Shown piece by piece: positions 18,797 through 29,380 of a stretch of DNA of 64,000 nt. The translations under genes were made by a program, and so were the position numbers. Origin of the DNA: Lysobacterales bacterium (lineage in GTDB: Bacteria; Pseudomonadota; Gammaproteobacteria; Xanthomonadales; SZUA-5); assembly GCA_022844165.1 (NCBI GenBank), contig JALHMH010000001.1, forward strand, positions 1 through 64,000, in the 5' to 3' direction. The notes below the pieces were generated by a model, which was not told where the DNA came from, did no database searches, and saw nothing but the letters and a program-made list of their open reading frames with translations. The number at the start of each line of letters is the position of its first letter. Within the stretch, counting starts at the first letter, position 1.

Positions 18797-20617
18797 ATGT
18801 TGAGCCGCCCGCTGAGTGCCCGAAGCGCCACGCAGGCGCGCGAGGCTTTCGCGTTGTTCGCTCAAAGGCAATACGCGCAGGCGTTTTCGATTGCCCGTCC
18901 TCTTGCGGGGCAAAATCCCGAATCCCCTGACGCGCTGCACCTGCTGGCGCTTTGCGCGGCTGAGTTGCAGCAGCCAGAACAGGCGGAAGCAGCCTTCAAG
19001 CGGGCGCTGGCCCTGGTACCGCAACATCCGGATATGAGCCTCAATTTTGCGCGGTTTTTGGGCCGCCAGAATCGACAGCGCGAAGCAACCGAAGTGCTAT
19101 CGGCGGCAGCTGGAGCAGCGCCGGCACACGCCGGTTTGCAACGTGCCCTGGGCCTCGCTGCCCTGGACGCGGGCCAAGATGCTGTTGCGCTTTGCGCGTT
19201 GCGCCGCGCGACGGATCTGGAGCCAGGTCAAAGCCGCCATTGGCAGGTATTCGGATCGGCACTGCGTAAGACCGGAGCGCTGCGTGATGCGGAGGATGCT
19301 TTCGTCAGCGCTCTGGCGATTGCTCGGGACGCGCATGCGCTGGCGAACCTCGCGGCGATTCGGCGCTTGCTGGGGCGTGCTGATTTGGCTGCCCAGGGTT
19401 ACCGTGAAGCCTTGGCTCTCGACCCGATGCGCCCGGATCTGAAGGATGCGCTTGTGGGTGCACTGATTGATGTTGGCGATATCGAGGAGGCGCGTGCTGC
19501 GGCCGATCGGTTGACCCGGGACCATCCGGACTTTATTCCAGGATACGTGACCCGTGCGCACCTGAGCTGGGAGTACGGTGTAAAGGAAGAGAGCATCGAG
19601 CAGTCGCTGGCTTTTTTCTTTGAGGCTGCCCAACGGGATCAGAAAGTTGCTCAGGCATTGGTGAGCTTTCTGCTCGAAGCGCGCTGCGCGCCGCTGGCGC
19701 TTCCTTTGTTGGCATCGCGACGCAGTGACGATTCCGCACAGCGGTTGAGTTATGCGCTGGCGCTGGAGGCAACCGGCGATCCCCGTGCGGATGAAGAACT
19801 GGACGCGCTTCACGAGACTGAAGCCAGCACCTGGGATGCTTACTTTAGTGCGCGCATTCGGCGCCTCGTGCGCGCGGGCGACATCGGCGCGGCTGCGAGG
19901 TTCGCCGAGGAAAAGTCGCAGGCCCAACCGCTGCGGCAAGAGGTTTGGGCGTACCTGGCTACGCTTTGGCGCCTGCTCGATGATCCTCGCGAGCACTGGC
20001 TGTGTGGATACGACACCCTGGTCGGAGAGATGTCGGTCCCGCTGCCAGATGACGAGACAATCGGCCACGCTGCACTGACGGCCTGGCTGCACCAACTGCA
20101 TACGGCGCGACGAGCGCCGTCCCGTCAGAGTCTGCGCGGCGGCTCGCAAACGCCCGGCGTATTATTCGGCCGGGTGAATCCAGCGCTCGAGTGCTTCGAG
20201 AAATCGCTCCTGGCAACCATTAAATCTTGGATCAGACGACTGCCGGATGATACTGCTCACCCATTTTTGCGGCGCAAACAAGCGTCTGTGCGATTTTGCG
20301 GTTCGTGGTCGGTTCGCCTGCAAAGCGCCGGCCATCACGCCAATCATTTTCATGGCGATGGCTGGCTGAGCTCGGCGTGCTACATCGAGTTGCCGGCGTC
20401 GGTTCGCGCTGCACAGGACAACACGGGTTACCTGCATTTTGGACAACCGCCTGAGGAATTAGGCGTTGCACTCGAGCCGCGCCGATTTGTCGCGCCGCGC
20501 GAGCAACATGTGGCACTGTTCCCGTCGTATCTCTGGCATGGCACGGTGCCCTTCAGCGCCGCGACGCCGCGATTGACGATCGCCTTCGATGCGGTACCGA
20601 GCGATGCTGCCGACTGA
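18797..20617 (+). CDS. TPR-containing putative 2OG-Fe(II) oxygenase
   Basis: TPRs, then QSLRGGSQT, WSVRL, HANHFH, LFPSYLWHGT, RLTIAFD. Confidence 0.88.
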   Translation: MLSRPLSARSATQAREAFALFAQRQYAQAFSIARPLAGQNPESPDALHLLALCAAELQQPEQAEAAFKRALALVPQHPDMSLNFARFLGRQNRQREATEVLSAAAGAAPAHAGLQRALGLAALDAGQDAVALCALRRATDLEPGQSRHWQVFGSALRKTGALRDAEDAFVSALAIARDAHALANLAAIRRLLGRADLAAQGYREALALDPMRPDLKDALVGALIDVGDIEEARAAADRLTRDHPDFIPGYVTRAHLSWEYGVKEESIEQSLAFFFEAAQRDQKVAQALVSFLLEARCAPLALPLLASRRSDDSAQRLSYALALEATGDPRADEELDALHETEASTWDAYFSARIRRLVRAGDIGAAARFAEEKSQAQPLRQEVWAYLATLWRLLDDPREHWLCGYDTLVGEMSVPLPDDETIGHAALTAWLHQLHTARRAPSRQSLRGGSQTPGVLFGRVNPALECFEKSLLATIKSWIRRLPDDTAHPFLRRKQASVRFCGSWSVRLQSAGHHANHFHGDGWLSSACYIELPASVRAAQDNTGYLHFGQPPEELGVALEPRRFVAPREQHVALFPSYLWHGTVPFSAATPRLTIAFDAVPSDAAD

Positions 20618-20630
20618 TAGGATCAGGCGA

Positions 20631-21044
20631 CTATCGCGGAGGGCGATGTTGCGTGCCGACCAGCAATAGGCAAACGATCAGCAAGACGCTGTATTCGGCG
20701 CCGTTTCGTCCCAGGCCAACGACGAACCACCCTGCGGGCCAATGCACGAGCACAATGCCAACAAGGTAAATGCTGGCGTAAACGATGGTGAGCGGAAACA
20801 CCGCAAAGCCGGCGGCGAGCAAGAGGGTGCCGCCAATCTCGAAAACGGTGATCGCAAAGGCTATCCACGGTCCCAGCGGGATGCCTTGGCTGGTCAGCCA
20901 TTCACCGAAGGGCGCAACGCCACCCGCCCACCATCTGGCCCAACCGTGGGCGGCAATCAGGCCCGCCAAGACCAAACGCAGAATGGTCCAGCCGATGACC
21001 GAGCTGCGGTGGTTAGCCGACGAACCAAACGACAAGTACGACAT
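20631..21044 (-). CDS. DoxX family membrane protein
   Basis: LR...HGW, EIGG, GWFVVGLGRNGAEYS. Confidence 0.88.
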   Translation of the reverse strand: MSYLSFGSSANHRSSVIGWTILRLVLAGLIAAHGWARWWAGGVAPFGEWLTSQGIPLGPWIAFAITVFEIGGTLLLAAGFAVFPLTIVYASIYLVGIVLVHWPAGWFVVGLGRNGAEYSVLLIVCLLLVGTQHRPPR

Positions 21045-21187
21045 TCACTGTCTCCCGTGAGCCTCATCCAGCAATAGCGTGTTGCTGATCAGGATCGCCT
21101 TCGGCGCGCGCCGTAGAGAGCCCGCAAAGCGCCGAGACGTTTCCGCGCGACGGATGGACCAGTTCCATGACCAAAAGTGGCGCAGCG

Positions 21188-22231
21188 CTAAAGCGACACT
21201 TGCAAGCGCGCTTCGATGATGTCGCGGTCAATCGGGACGCTGCGCTCGCCGTCGCTGCGAATGTAGTTGAACATGACGCGTGTCGCGGCAGTGAAGTACC
21301 AGGTGGCGCCGAGCGTGAGGTTGTCGAGTGTGCCGCCGGCAACGCTGGCGTCGCTCAAATCCAGGCGGCTGATACGCGCTGCCAATTCCACGGTGCGGCC
21401 TTCGCCCACATTTGGCGCATCGAGAATGCCGTCCTTGTAGGTTCTGTTGCCGGTCAACATCCAGGATGCCTGCAAGTATCCGCCATCGACGCGTGCATCC
21501 TTCGCCACACGATCGATATCTGCGCTCATCCACTCGGCTTGCACGGCAAAAGGGCCGGTCAGCCACAGTGCTTCGACGCCAACACGCCCGACTTTGTCGA
21601 CATCACGGAGTCGACCGGTGTCGATGCGTGTTGGCGAAAACGGCCCGGTTTCGCCTCTGGAGCTCAAGCGGAAGTCGACATCGGGATGCTCGACACCTGC
21701 TGCTAAAGCAAAATGCAAGGTGCCGTTTTCGATTTTCGGCGCAAATACAGCGCGACCCACCCATCCGTTGCCTTCCAAAAGACCCGCCGAGTTCCCATCG
21801 TATGTACCCGCCTGGACGCGCCACTTGCCAAACGCATAACCGTATTCGACGCCACGTCTGCGCGCCAGCGACAGACCATCGGCCAACGACCGTTCGACAA
21901 ACAACGCATTGCGGTTAGAGCTCAGTTGCTCGAGCGAAAACGGCGGTTTGATGTGTCCGGCGCGCACGCTATGCCCGTTGTGGCGATAGCGCAGGAACAC
22001 GTCAGTGAACAGCTCGCTATAAAAGTCGTATTCAACCCGTGTATCCAGTCGTTCGGTGAGTCTCACGTTGACACCAGCGCGCAAGCGTCGAATGTCGCCG
22101 TCCTGGGTTAGCCGATCATTTTCCTCGATACGATTGATGTCGTATTGCAGATACGCATAGGGTTTGATCTCGACCGCGCTGGCCGAGCCAGCCGCCATCG
22201 AACCCAGGAAAAGCAGGCTTCGAAACATCAT
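21188..22231 (-). CDS. OprO/OprP-family phosphate-selective porin
   Basis: RRLRAG, PFSLEQLSS...FVERS, GATWY; divergent from pstS. Confidence 0.88.
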   Translation of the reverse strand: MMFRSLLFLGSMAAGSASAVEIKPYAYLQYDINRIEENDRLTQDGDIRRLRAGVNVRLTERLDTRVEYDFYSELFTDVFLRYRHNGHSVRAGHIKPPFSLEQLSSNRNALFVERSLADGLSLARRRGVEYGYAFGKWRVQAGTYDGNSAGLLEGNGWVGRAVFAPKIENGTLHFALAAGVEHPDVDFRLSSRGETGPFSPTRIDTGRLRDVDKVGRVGVEALWLTGPFAVQAEWMSADIDRVAKDARVDGGYLQASWMLTGNRTYKDGILDAPNVGEGRTVELAARISRLDLSDASVAGGTLDNLTLGATWYFTAATRVMFNYIRSDGERSVPIDRDIIEARLQVSL

Positions 22232-22235
22232 GGAA

Positions 22236-22253
22236 GTGACACTTTTGTGAAAT
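22236..22253 (-). promoter_or_regulatory. pho box-like repeat toward the porin gene
   Basis: Minus strand ATTTCAC-AAAA-GTGTCAC. Confidence 0.5.
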
Positions 22254-22304
22254 TGGTTGGAGAATAGCCATGCGCGATCCGCGTTAGCTGAACCAATCGC
22301 GGAT

Positions 22305-22333
22305 CTGTCATCTTTGTGTCATCTGACTATCAC
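22305..22333 (+). promoter_or_regulatory. pho box (three units)
   Basis: CTGTCAT-CTTT-GTGTCAT-CTGA-CTATCAC, 11-bp period, upstream of pstS. Confidence 0.85.
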
Positions 22334-22371
22334 ATGCTGCGATCATCGCAGATTCCCTATGGAGACGACCC

Positions 22372-23403
22372 ATGTTCCTTCGCGCCACCCTGGCCGTGTT
22401 GATTGCCGGCTCGCTCGCCGCTTGTGGCCAGCAATCTGATTCGCCCACGCCGGGCGCTTCGCCGTCGGCGCCGACGAACACCGTGATCGGCATTGATGGC
22501 TCGAGCACGGTGTACCCTATCACCGAGGCGATTGCGGAAGAGTTTCAGCTGGCGAATCAGGGTAAGGTCAAAGTGACTGTTGGCGTGAGCGGTACAGGTG
22601 GCGGCTTCAAGAAATTCTGCCGCGGCGAACTGGATATCGCCAACGCCTCGCGACCCATTCAGAAGCTGGAAATGGATGCGTGCGCGCAAGCCGGTGTGAA
22701 GTACTTCGAATTGCCCGTCGCCTACGATGCGCTCACCGTTGTCGTGAACCCTCAGAACGAGTTCTTGTCGACGATCACGATCGAGCAGCTCAAGCAAATC
22801 TGGGCGCCGGAGAGTCAGGGCACGATCACCCGGTGGAATCAGATCGATCCGAGCTGGCCTGATGCCGAGTTCAAGCTGTATGGAGCAGGCTCCGACTCAG
22901 GTACATTCGATTATTTCACTGAGGCTGTCGTCGGCAAGGCAAAGGCCAGCCGCGGCGACTATACCGCCAGCGAAGATGACAACACGCTGGTCCAGGGTGT
23001 GTCCCAGGATTTGAACGCGCTCGGTTACTTCGGTTATGCGTACTTCGCTGAGAATCAGGCCAAGCTCAAGGCATTGGCTGTGGTGCCGGTCGCCGGTGGT
23101 GCTGGCGTGTTGCCCAGCGAAGAGACGGTGATCAACGGCAGCTATACGCCGTTGGCGCGACCGATGTTCATCTATGTTTCGGACAAAGCGGCCGCGCGCG
23201 CGGAAGTCAGGCAATTCCTGAACTTCTACTTTGAGAATATCGCTACGCTTGCCGCGGAAGTCCGCTACGTGCCGTTGCCGCCCGAGGCTTATCTGACCAT
23301 CAAGAAGCATCTTGACGACAACAAGATGGGCACGGTGTTCGGCGGCGAGCCGGCAACAGCGATCACAATCGAAGAATTGTTGCGCCGCGAAGCCAGTTTG
23401 TAA
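22372..23403 (+). CDS. pstS: Phosphate ABC transporter substrate-binding lipoprotein
   Basis: LAAC lipobox, [24 protein letters not shown]. Confidence 0.96.
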   Translation: MFLRATLAVLIAGSLAACGQQSDSPTPGASPSAPTNTVIGIDGSSTVYPITEAIAEEFQLANQGKVKVTVGVSGTGGGFKKFCRGELDIANASRPIQKLEMDACAQAGVKYFELPVAYDALTVVVNPQNEFLSTITIEQLKQIWAPESQGTITRWNQIDPSWPDAEFKLYGAGSDSGTFDYFTEAVVGKAKASRGDYTASEDDNTLVQGVSQDLNALGYFGYAYFAENQAKLKALAVVPVAGGAGVLPSEETVINGSYTPLARPMFIYVSDKAAARAEVRQFLNFYFENIATLAAEVRYVPLPPEAYLTIKKHLDDNKMGTVFGGEPATAITIEELLRREASL

Positions 23404-23423
23404 CAGAAGCGTCTTAGACTCCG

Positions 23424-23451
23424 GTCGCGGCGCCCAGGTCCGGGCGCCGCG
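23424..23451 (+). other. Stem-loop between pstS and pstC
   Basis: TCGCGGCGCCC-loop-GGGCGCCGCGA inverted repeat. Confidence 0.55.
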
Positions 23452-23494
23452 AACGTTTCGATAGCGATACTCGCGACGCCACCTCGGGGGAACC

Positions 23495-24412
23495 ATGAGC
23501 CAAGCGCCGATTGCCGGCCGACTAGCCTATCGACGATCACGCCATATCCGTGAGCAGATCATCGAGTGGCTGTTGTTATCCAGCGCACTGGTGGCGGTGG
23601 CGACGACGGTCGGCATCGTATTCATTCTGGTTAAGGAGTCGCTCGTCTTTTTTGGTCAGGTATCGATCATCGATTTTCTGACCGATTCGCAATGGACGCC
23701 GCTCTTCTCCGATCCGCATTTCGGCATCTGGGTGCTGCTCTCCGGCACCTTGACCAGTTCGGCGATCGCATTGTGTGTGGCGATTCCTGTTGGCACGACC
23801 CTGGCGATATATCTGTCGGAGTTCGCCAGCGCTCGGGTGCGCGAAACGGCCAAGCCGATTCTGGAGCTGCTCGCGGGCATTCCGACCATCGTGTTCGGTT
23901 ATTTTGCATTGTTCTTCGTCACACCGCTGCTCAAAATCATCTATCCCGAGTTGCCCGGATTCAACCTGTTGAGCGCCGGTCTGGTGATGGGTGTGATGAT
24001 CGTGCCCTACATCAGCTCCATCAGTGAAGATGCGATGCGTGCGGTGCCGATGAGTCTTCGTGAAGGTGCTTACGCAATGGGCGCCACACGTCTGCAAGTC
24101 GCGTTGAACGTGGTGGTTCCTGCGGCCTTCTCCGGCCTCGCTGCGGCCTACATTCTTGGCATCTCCCGGGCGGTCGGCGAAACGATGATCGTTGCGGTCG
24201 CCGCTGGCATGCAGCCGAATCTCACGTTCAATCCCACCGATCAAGCGGCGACGATTACCGCCTACATCGTGCAGGTGGCAAAGGGCGATCTGCCGCACGG
24301 CAGCGTGGGCTACCAGACGATTTTTGCCGCGGGCCTGACGCTGTTCCTGTTGACTCTGGTGTTTAACCTAATGGGCTACTTCCTGCGCAAGCGCTTTAGG
24401 GAGGAATACTGA
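23495..24412 (+). CDS. pstC: Phosphate ABC transporter permease
   Basis: AIYLSEF, LAGIPTIVFG, SRAVGETMIV. Confidence 0.96.
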   Translation: MSQAPIAGRLAYRRSRHIREQIIEWLLLSSALVAVATTVGIVFILVKESLVFFGQVSIIDFLTDSQWTPLFSDPHFGIWVLLSGTLTSSAIALCVAIPVGTTLAIYLSEFASARVRETAKPILELLAGIPTIVFGYFALFFVTPLLKIIYPELPGFNLLSAGLVMGVMIVPYISSISEDAMRAVPMSLREGAYAMGATRLQVALNVVVPAAFSGLAAAYILGISRAVGETMIVAVAAGMQPNLTFNPTDQAATITAYIVQVAKGDLPHGSVGYQTIFAAGLTLFLLTLVFNLMGYFLRKRFREEY

Positions 24413-25329
24413 TGAGCGTCTCGGAAGGCCTGCGCGCAACGATCACCCGGGCCAAGCGCAACGATCTGATATTCGTCGGCCTCGGCATCGCCGCTCTGCT
24501 CTTTGCAGCGAGCACTTTTGTAGCGCTGTTTTTGGACATGGTGGGCGACGGAATGTCGCGCCTGAACCCAGGTTTTTTTACCGAATTTGCGTCGCGCCGC
24601 GCCGAACGTGCCGGCATTCTTGCTGCGTGGGTCGGCACCTTTGCCGTCATGATTGTGACCGCGCTCGTGGCCGTACCGATCGGTGTTGCCTCTGGTATTT
24701 ATCTGGAAGAGTACGCGCCGAAAAACAAGATGACGGCGCTGATCGAAATCAATATCAACAACCTGGCGGGCGTGCCGTCGATTGTCTACGGGCTGCTGGC
24801 GTTGGGTCTGTTTGTCCATACTTTCGGACTCGGCGCGAGTGTTCAGACTGCCGGATTGACGCTGGCGTTGCTCATTCTGCCGGTGGTGATCGTCGCCACG
24901 CGCGAAGCGATCCGAGCGGTGCCGGGTTCGATTCGCGAGGCGGCTTATGCACTCGGCGCCACGCGCTGGCAAATGGTCTCCGACCACGTATTGCCATATT
25001 CCATGCCGGGCATTCTGACGGGCGTGATCATCGGGCTTTCGCGAGCCATCGGTGAGACGGCGCCCATCGTGACCATCGGCGCCGTCACTTTCATCGCATT
25101 TTTGCCGCCTGCGCCGGTGACCAGTTCGCCGCCGTTTCTGAATTTCGATTGGCTCTCGTCGCCGTTTACGGCGATGCCGATCCAGATTTTCAACTGGACC
25201 AGCCGCCCAGAAGAGGCATTCCAGGCGAACGCCTCGGCAGCCGCCCTGGTTCTGGTGGTCATGACCTTGCTGATGAATGCGATCGCCATCTGGCTTCGCT
25301 ACCGTCTGCGCCGTAATCTCAACTGGTAA
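24412..25329 (+). CDS. pstA: Phosphate ABC transporter permease
   Basis: [26 protein letters not shown]. Confidence 0.96.
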   Translation: MSVSEGLRATITRAKRNDLIFVGLGIAALLFAASTFVALFLDMVGDGMSRLNPGFFTEFASRRAERAGILAAWVGTFAVMIVTALVAVPIGVASGIYLEEYAPKNKMTALIEININNLAGVPSIVYGLLALGLFVHTFGLGASVQTAGLTLALLILPVVIVATREAIRAVPGSIREAAYALGATRWQMVSDHVLPYSMPGILTGVIIGLSRAIGETAPIVTIGAVTFIAFLPPAPVTSSPPFLNFDWLSSPFTAMPIQIFNWTSRPEEAFQANASAAALVLVVMTLLMNAIAIWLRYRLRRNLNW

Positions 25330-25334
25330 GCGCC

Positions 25335-26132
25335 ATGAACGACGAGCAAAAGAAACCTGATCCGAGCACGCTCGAGAAAAAAGCAGCTGCGTTGGCGCTG
25401 AATTTTTTCTATGGCCAAAAACAGGCACTGAAGAACATCAACCTGCCGATTTACGACAGGAAGGTGACGGCGCTGATTGGTCCATCCGGCTGCGGCAAGA
25501 GCACCTTCTTGCGCTGTTTCAATCGTATGCACGATCTCTATCCGGGCACACGCTACGAAGGCCAGATTCGCCTTTACCCGGATGACGTCAATCTGCTCGA
25601 TAAGGCTGTCGATCCCATAGAGGTTCGCATGCGCTTGTCGATGGTCTTCCAGAAACCCAACCCGTTCCCGAAGTCCATCTTCGAAAATGTGGCTTATGGG
25701 CTGCGCATCCGTGGCGAAAAGCGGCGCTCGGTGCTGATGGACAAAGTCGAAGAGGCGCTAAAGAACGCAGCGCTTTGGAACGAAGTCAAAGATCGGCTCG
25801 ACGAACTGGCAACGACACTCTCGGGTGGTCAGCAGCAGCGCTTGTGCATCGCCCGATCGTTGGCCAGCGAACCCGAACTGCTGTTGTTCGACGAACCCAC
25901 CAGTGCACTCGATCCGATCGCCACCGCCAGCATCGAAGAGTTGATCCATCAGCTGCGCGAGAAGATCACAATTCTCATTGTGACGCACAACATGCAGCAG
26001 GCGGCCCGCGTCTCGGACTTCACCGCTTATATGTATCTGGGCGATCTGATTGAATTTGGCTGGACCGACGATGTGTTTTTCCGGCCGAAAGAGAAACAAA
26101 CGGAGGACTACATCACCGGGCGTTTCGGCTGA
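25335..26132 (+). CDS. pstB: Phosphate ABC transporter ATPase
   Basis: [37 protein letters not shown]. Confidence 0.98.
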   Translation: MNDEQKKPDPSTLEKKAAALALNFFYGQKQALKNINLPIYDRKVTALIGPSGCGKSTFLRCFNRMHDLYPGTRYEGQIRLYPDDVNLLDKAVDPIEVRMRLSMVFQKPNPFPKSIFENVAYGLRIRGEKRRSVLMDKVEEALKNAALWNEVKDRLDELATTLSGGQQQRLCIARSLASEPELLLFDEPTSALDPIATASIEELIHQLREKITILIVTHNMQQAARVSDFTAYMYLGDLIEFGWTDDVFFRPKEKQTEDYITGRFG

Positions 26133-26236
26133 CCGTTGTGAGCAGACGCCGCACGTGGCGCACAATCGGCACTTCTTATTTGTTGTTCTGCGCGGCACTA
26201 TTGCCAGCGTGGCCGAGTCCATAGGGACCAAACTCC

Positions 26237-26938
26237 ATGAACGAACATCTTTCCCGCCAATTCGATACCGACTTGACCGCTCTTCGTTCGCGTGTTGTCG
26301 AAATGGGCGGGCTGGTCGACGAGCAGTTTCGACGATCGATCGAAGCGCTGGCCACCGGCCGTGCCTTGCTGGCTGACGACGTCATCGCCGGCGATTCCGT
26401 CGTCAACAACCTTGAAGTGCGGATCGACGATGCTTGCGCGCACTTGATTGCCAAACGCCAACCTGCAGCGAGCGATCTGCGTATGGTGCTGGGTGTCAGC
26501 AAGATCGTTTCCGAACTCGAACGGATCGGCGACAAGGCCCGCAAAATCGCCCGCGCCGCAGCAATGGTCAGCGCTTCGCCCGACCACGCCTGGATCGCCG
26601 ACATCGAACAGCTGAGCGAGGGCGCGCGGCATATGTTGCGCGATGCGCTCAATGCATTTGTGCGAAGCGACCTGGAAGCAGCCGTCGCGGTCTTGCGCAA
26701 CAACCGCGACTTTGCAAGGCAGACCTCGCAGGTCAGCAACGATCTGGTGCAGCGATATTCGCGCAACGCAGATCAGGTGCCAACGATGCTGGATATGTTG
26801 TCCGTGACCCGCGCAGTGGATCGTGTCGCCGATCACGCCGCCAACATTGCCGAACATCTGGTGTACATCGTACGCGGTACGGATGTGCGCCATGCGACGC
26901 TGGAACAGATCGAGCACGAGGCGCTGTCGCGGCGTTGA
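26237..26938 (+). CDS. phoU: Phosphate signalling protein PhoU
   Basis: RQPAASDLR, LERIGD, RVADHAANIAE. Confidence 0.96.
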   Translation: MNEHLSRQFDTDLTALRSRVVEMGGLVDEQFRRSIEALATGRALLADDVIAGDSVVNNLEVRIDDACAHLIAKRQPAASDLRMVLGVSKIVSELERIGDKARKIARAAAMVSASPDHAWIADIEQLSEGARHMLRDALNAFVRSDLEAAVAVLRNNRDFARQTSQVSNDLVQRYSRNADQVPTMLDMLSVTRAVDRVADHAANIAEHLVYIVRGTDVRHATLEQIEHEALSRR

Positions 26939-27003
26939 TGGGTTCTCGGTCTTTGCCAGCTCGCGAGGGCGAACGCACTTGATGGGCGTTTGCTGCCGGC
27001 GCG

Positions 27004-27675
27004 CTACGGACCGAATGTCAACCCGAACTCCGATACCAGTGCAGGATGTGAGCCCAGTATCGGCATGTCCGACGTAAAATCACCATCGCCGCCAGGATAG
27101 CCCTCAGGTGTGTTCGGTGGCGCCTGCAGTCGGACGGCAATCCGGCCGGGCGATAACACGGCTTTCTCGAGGCTGCCGCCGCTCCAATGGCTCACGTAGC
27201 CGCCATAGTCCCAGTCGAAACCCAAAAAACGATACGGCCGGCCGTTCAACTGTTGCAACTCGACGCTGGTCATTCCCACGCGAAGTCCCAGCGGGCCGCG
27301 CCATCGCGATTGCGCGTCGCGGATATAGATCGCGCTGATCGCGCCGTCCACTCGGCCATCGACGAAATACACGGTCGCGCGACGGACTGGATCGGCTGCA
27401 AATAACATCGCGCCCGGTTCGGTTTGACCCTCGCCAAGTTCTACGTCAATCCGAGAGACCGATTCTGGCCCGAACCGGCTCTCAAGACCCTTGAGACCTT
27501 CTTCGGCCCGGAACCCAGAGCCTCCCACAGTCAGCGTGAAAAGCTCTGCCTCGGCGATGGCAGGCTTAGCAGGCGCCGGCGCTGCCGGCGGCGTTTCGGG
27601 CAGTGCTTGCGGCGGCGGATCGTTGGAGCAAGCTGCCAATGCGCACAACAAACTCGCCAGCGGTGCTCGGTTCAT
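27004..27675 (-). CDS. Hypothetical lipoprotein
   Basis: LAAC lipobox, Pro-rich linker, LNGRPYRFLGFDWDYGG motif. Confidence 0.8.
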   Translation of the reverse strand: MNRAPLASLLCALAACSNDPPPQALPETPPAAPAPAKPAIAEAELFTLTVGGSGFRAEEGLKGLESRFGPESVSRIDVELGEGQTEPGAMLFAADPVRRATVYFVDGRVDGAISAIYIRDAQSRWRGPLGLRVGMTSVELQQLNGRPYRFLGFDWDYGGYVSHWSGGSLEKAVLSPGRIAVRLQAPPNTPEGYPGGDGDFTSDMPILGSHPALVSEFGLTFGP

Positions 27676-27695
27676 AGCTCCAGTCCAGTCGTTTT

Positions 27696-29369
27696 TCAGC
27701 GTTTCAGTTCAGGATGCAACCGGTGGATGCTATCGAGCAGCACTTCGTTCTCAGGCCAACGTCCCAGCGCTTCGCGCCACAGCTTTTCGGCCTCATCACG
27801 CTCACCAGACACCCAGAGCACTTCTGCCAGATGCGCGGCGACTTCGCCGTCCTGGATCAGCGAATACGCGCGTTTGAGATAACGTAGCGCTTCGCTCAAA
27901 TTGCCCAGGCGGTACTGGACCCAACCCATGCTGTCGATGAATGCTGCTTCGTCGGGATCGATTTCAAGTGCGCGTTTGATGTAGCCGAGCGCCTCGTCGT
28001 GACGCTCGGTTTTGTCGGTGAGGGTGTAACCGAGCGCGTTGAGCGCCTGCGGATTGTCCGGATCGATGTCCAGGATCGTCCGCAGGTCGGACTCGAGGCC
28101 AACAAGATCGTCGATCCCGACTCGATACAAGGCCCGCGCATACAACAGTCGGAAATCGCGCGGGTGTGCGGCGAGGGCAGCATCGTAAACTGTGCTTGCG
28201 GCACTGGGCTCATGCTCAGCGACAAGCTCGCTTTCCAGCAGCCATGCGTCGATGCGGGCTTGCGCATCGTCGGAGCGTTCGCGCATCGCCGCGAGCAAGG
28301 CGCGGCTGGCGAGCAGATCATTCTTCTCCCGCGCGGTAATGACGGCACGGCGCAAACTGGCATCGTTGACGGCCGCGGCAGAGGTCTCCTGCGCATACCA
28401 GGACAGAGCATCGTCCCATCGCTCGTCCAGTTCGGCCACCTGACCAAGCAAAAAAGCGCGCGTCGGCAATTCCCCAGGTTCGGCACGGTTCAAGGCTTTC
28501 TCGATACGCCGCAACAGCTTCGCGTCGGGCTCGCGTGCGGCGTTCGCGATACGCGCCGCAAATCCACGCTCAGTTGCGTCGCCGCCAGCGGCCAGGATCT
28601 TGTCGGCATCCAGGTAGCGCTTGTCTTCGGCGTAGATCACCGCCATTGCCAGACGCAGTTCAAAGTCTTTTGGCTTCAGCGCCAGCGCGCGTTTAAGCGC
28701 CTGCAGCGCACCTGGGCGGTCTCCAGCCGCCAGACGCGCCTGCGCCAGGCGGCGAAAACTCTCGGGATCCTTAGGTGCGGCCGCGACGTCAGCCTCCGCC
28801 AAATCCGCTGCCAGACGATGCAATCCCAAATGACTTGCCAGCGACGACCAGTTGGGTCCTTGTGGAAGTCGCTGAAGACGCCTGTCTGCATCCAGCCGCT
28901 CCAGCAGTCCGCCGGCGCTGGCGCGATTTTCGGCGGCGATCAATACCTGTGCTGCCGCGCGTTGCGACTCGACGCTGGCAAGCGCGAACAATCGATCCAG
29001 ATGTGTAAAGGCAAGACTCGCATCGGCTTGCGCTGCGGCGGTCCAGGCCAAGGTCCGGTGCGCCCCAATGGCGCTACGGTCGATGTTCAGCCAATGCTCG
29101 CCGATGGCACGCGCAGAGCGATAGTCGCGCGCAAAGAGTGCGATAGTCGCAGCACGCTCCAACAACCGCGCGTCGCGACCGCGAACCGCAGCGTCCGCAT
29201 AGCGTTTCGCGGCACCCGACATATCGCCGCGCTGCAAGGCGAATTCGCCCGCGAGCGCATTCGTGAGCGCATCGTCCGCGTAAGCGCCTTGTGCGAACAA
29301 TAAGCATGCCATCAGGAACGGCTTGATCGTTCCGGCACATAAGACCGACAATGAGAGCTGAACTTTCAT
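27696..29369 (-). CDS. TPR protein of the hemA-divergent family
   Basis: LAGEFALQRG, ALNALGYTL, DSMGWVQYRLG, EVAAHLAEVLW. Confidence 0.9.
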   Translation of the reverse strand: MKVQLSLSVLCAGTIKPFLMACLLFAQGAYADDALTNALAGEFALQRGDMSGAAKRYADAAVRGRDARLLERAATIALFARDYRSARAIGEHWLNIDRSAIGAHRTLAWTAAAQADASLAFTHLDRLFALASVESQRAAAQVLIAAENRASAGGLLERLDADRRLQRLPQGPNWSSLASHLGLHRLAADLAEADVAAAPKDPESFRRLAQARLAAGDRPGALQALKRALALKPKDFELRLAMAVIYAEDKRYLDADKILAAGGDATERGFAARIANAAREPDAKLLRRIEKALNRAEPGELPTRAFLLGQVAELDERWDDALSWYAQETSAAAVNDASLRRAVITAREKNDLLASRALLAAMRERSDDAQARIDAWLLESELVAEHEPSAASTVYDAALAAHPRDFRLLYARALYRVGIDDLVGLESDLRTILDIDPDNPQALNALGYTLTDKTERHDEALGYIKRALEIDPDEAAFIDSMGWVQYRLGNLSEALRYLKRAYSLIQDGEVAAHLAEVLWVSGERDEAEKLWREALGRWPENEVLLDSIHRLHPELKR

Positions 29370-29380
29370 AGCTGCATTCT

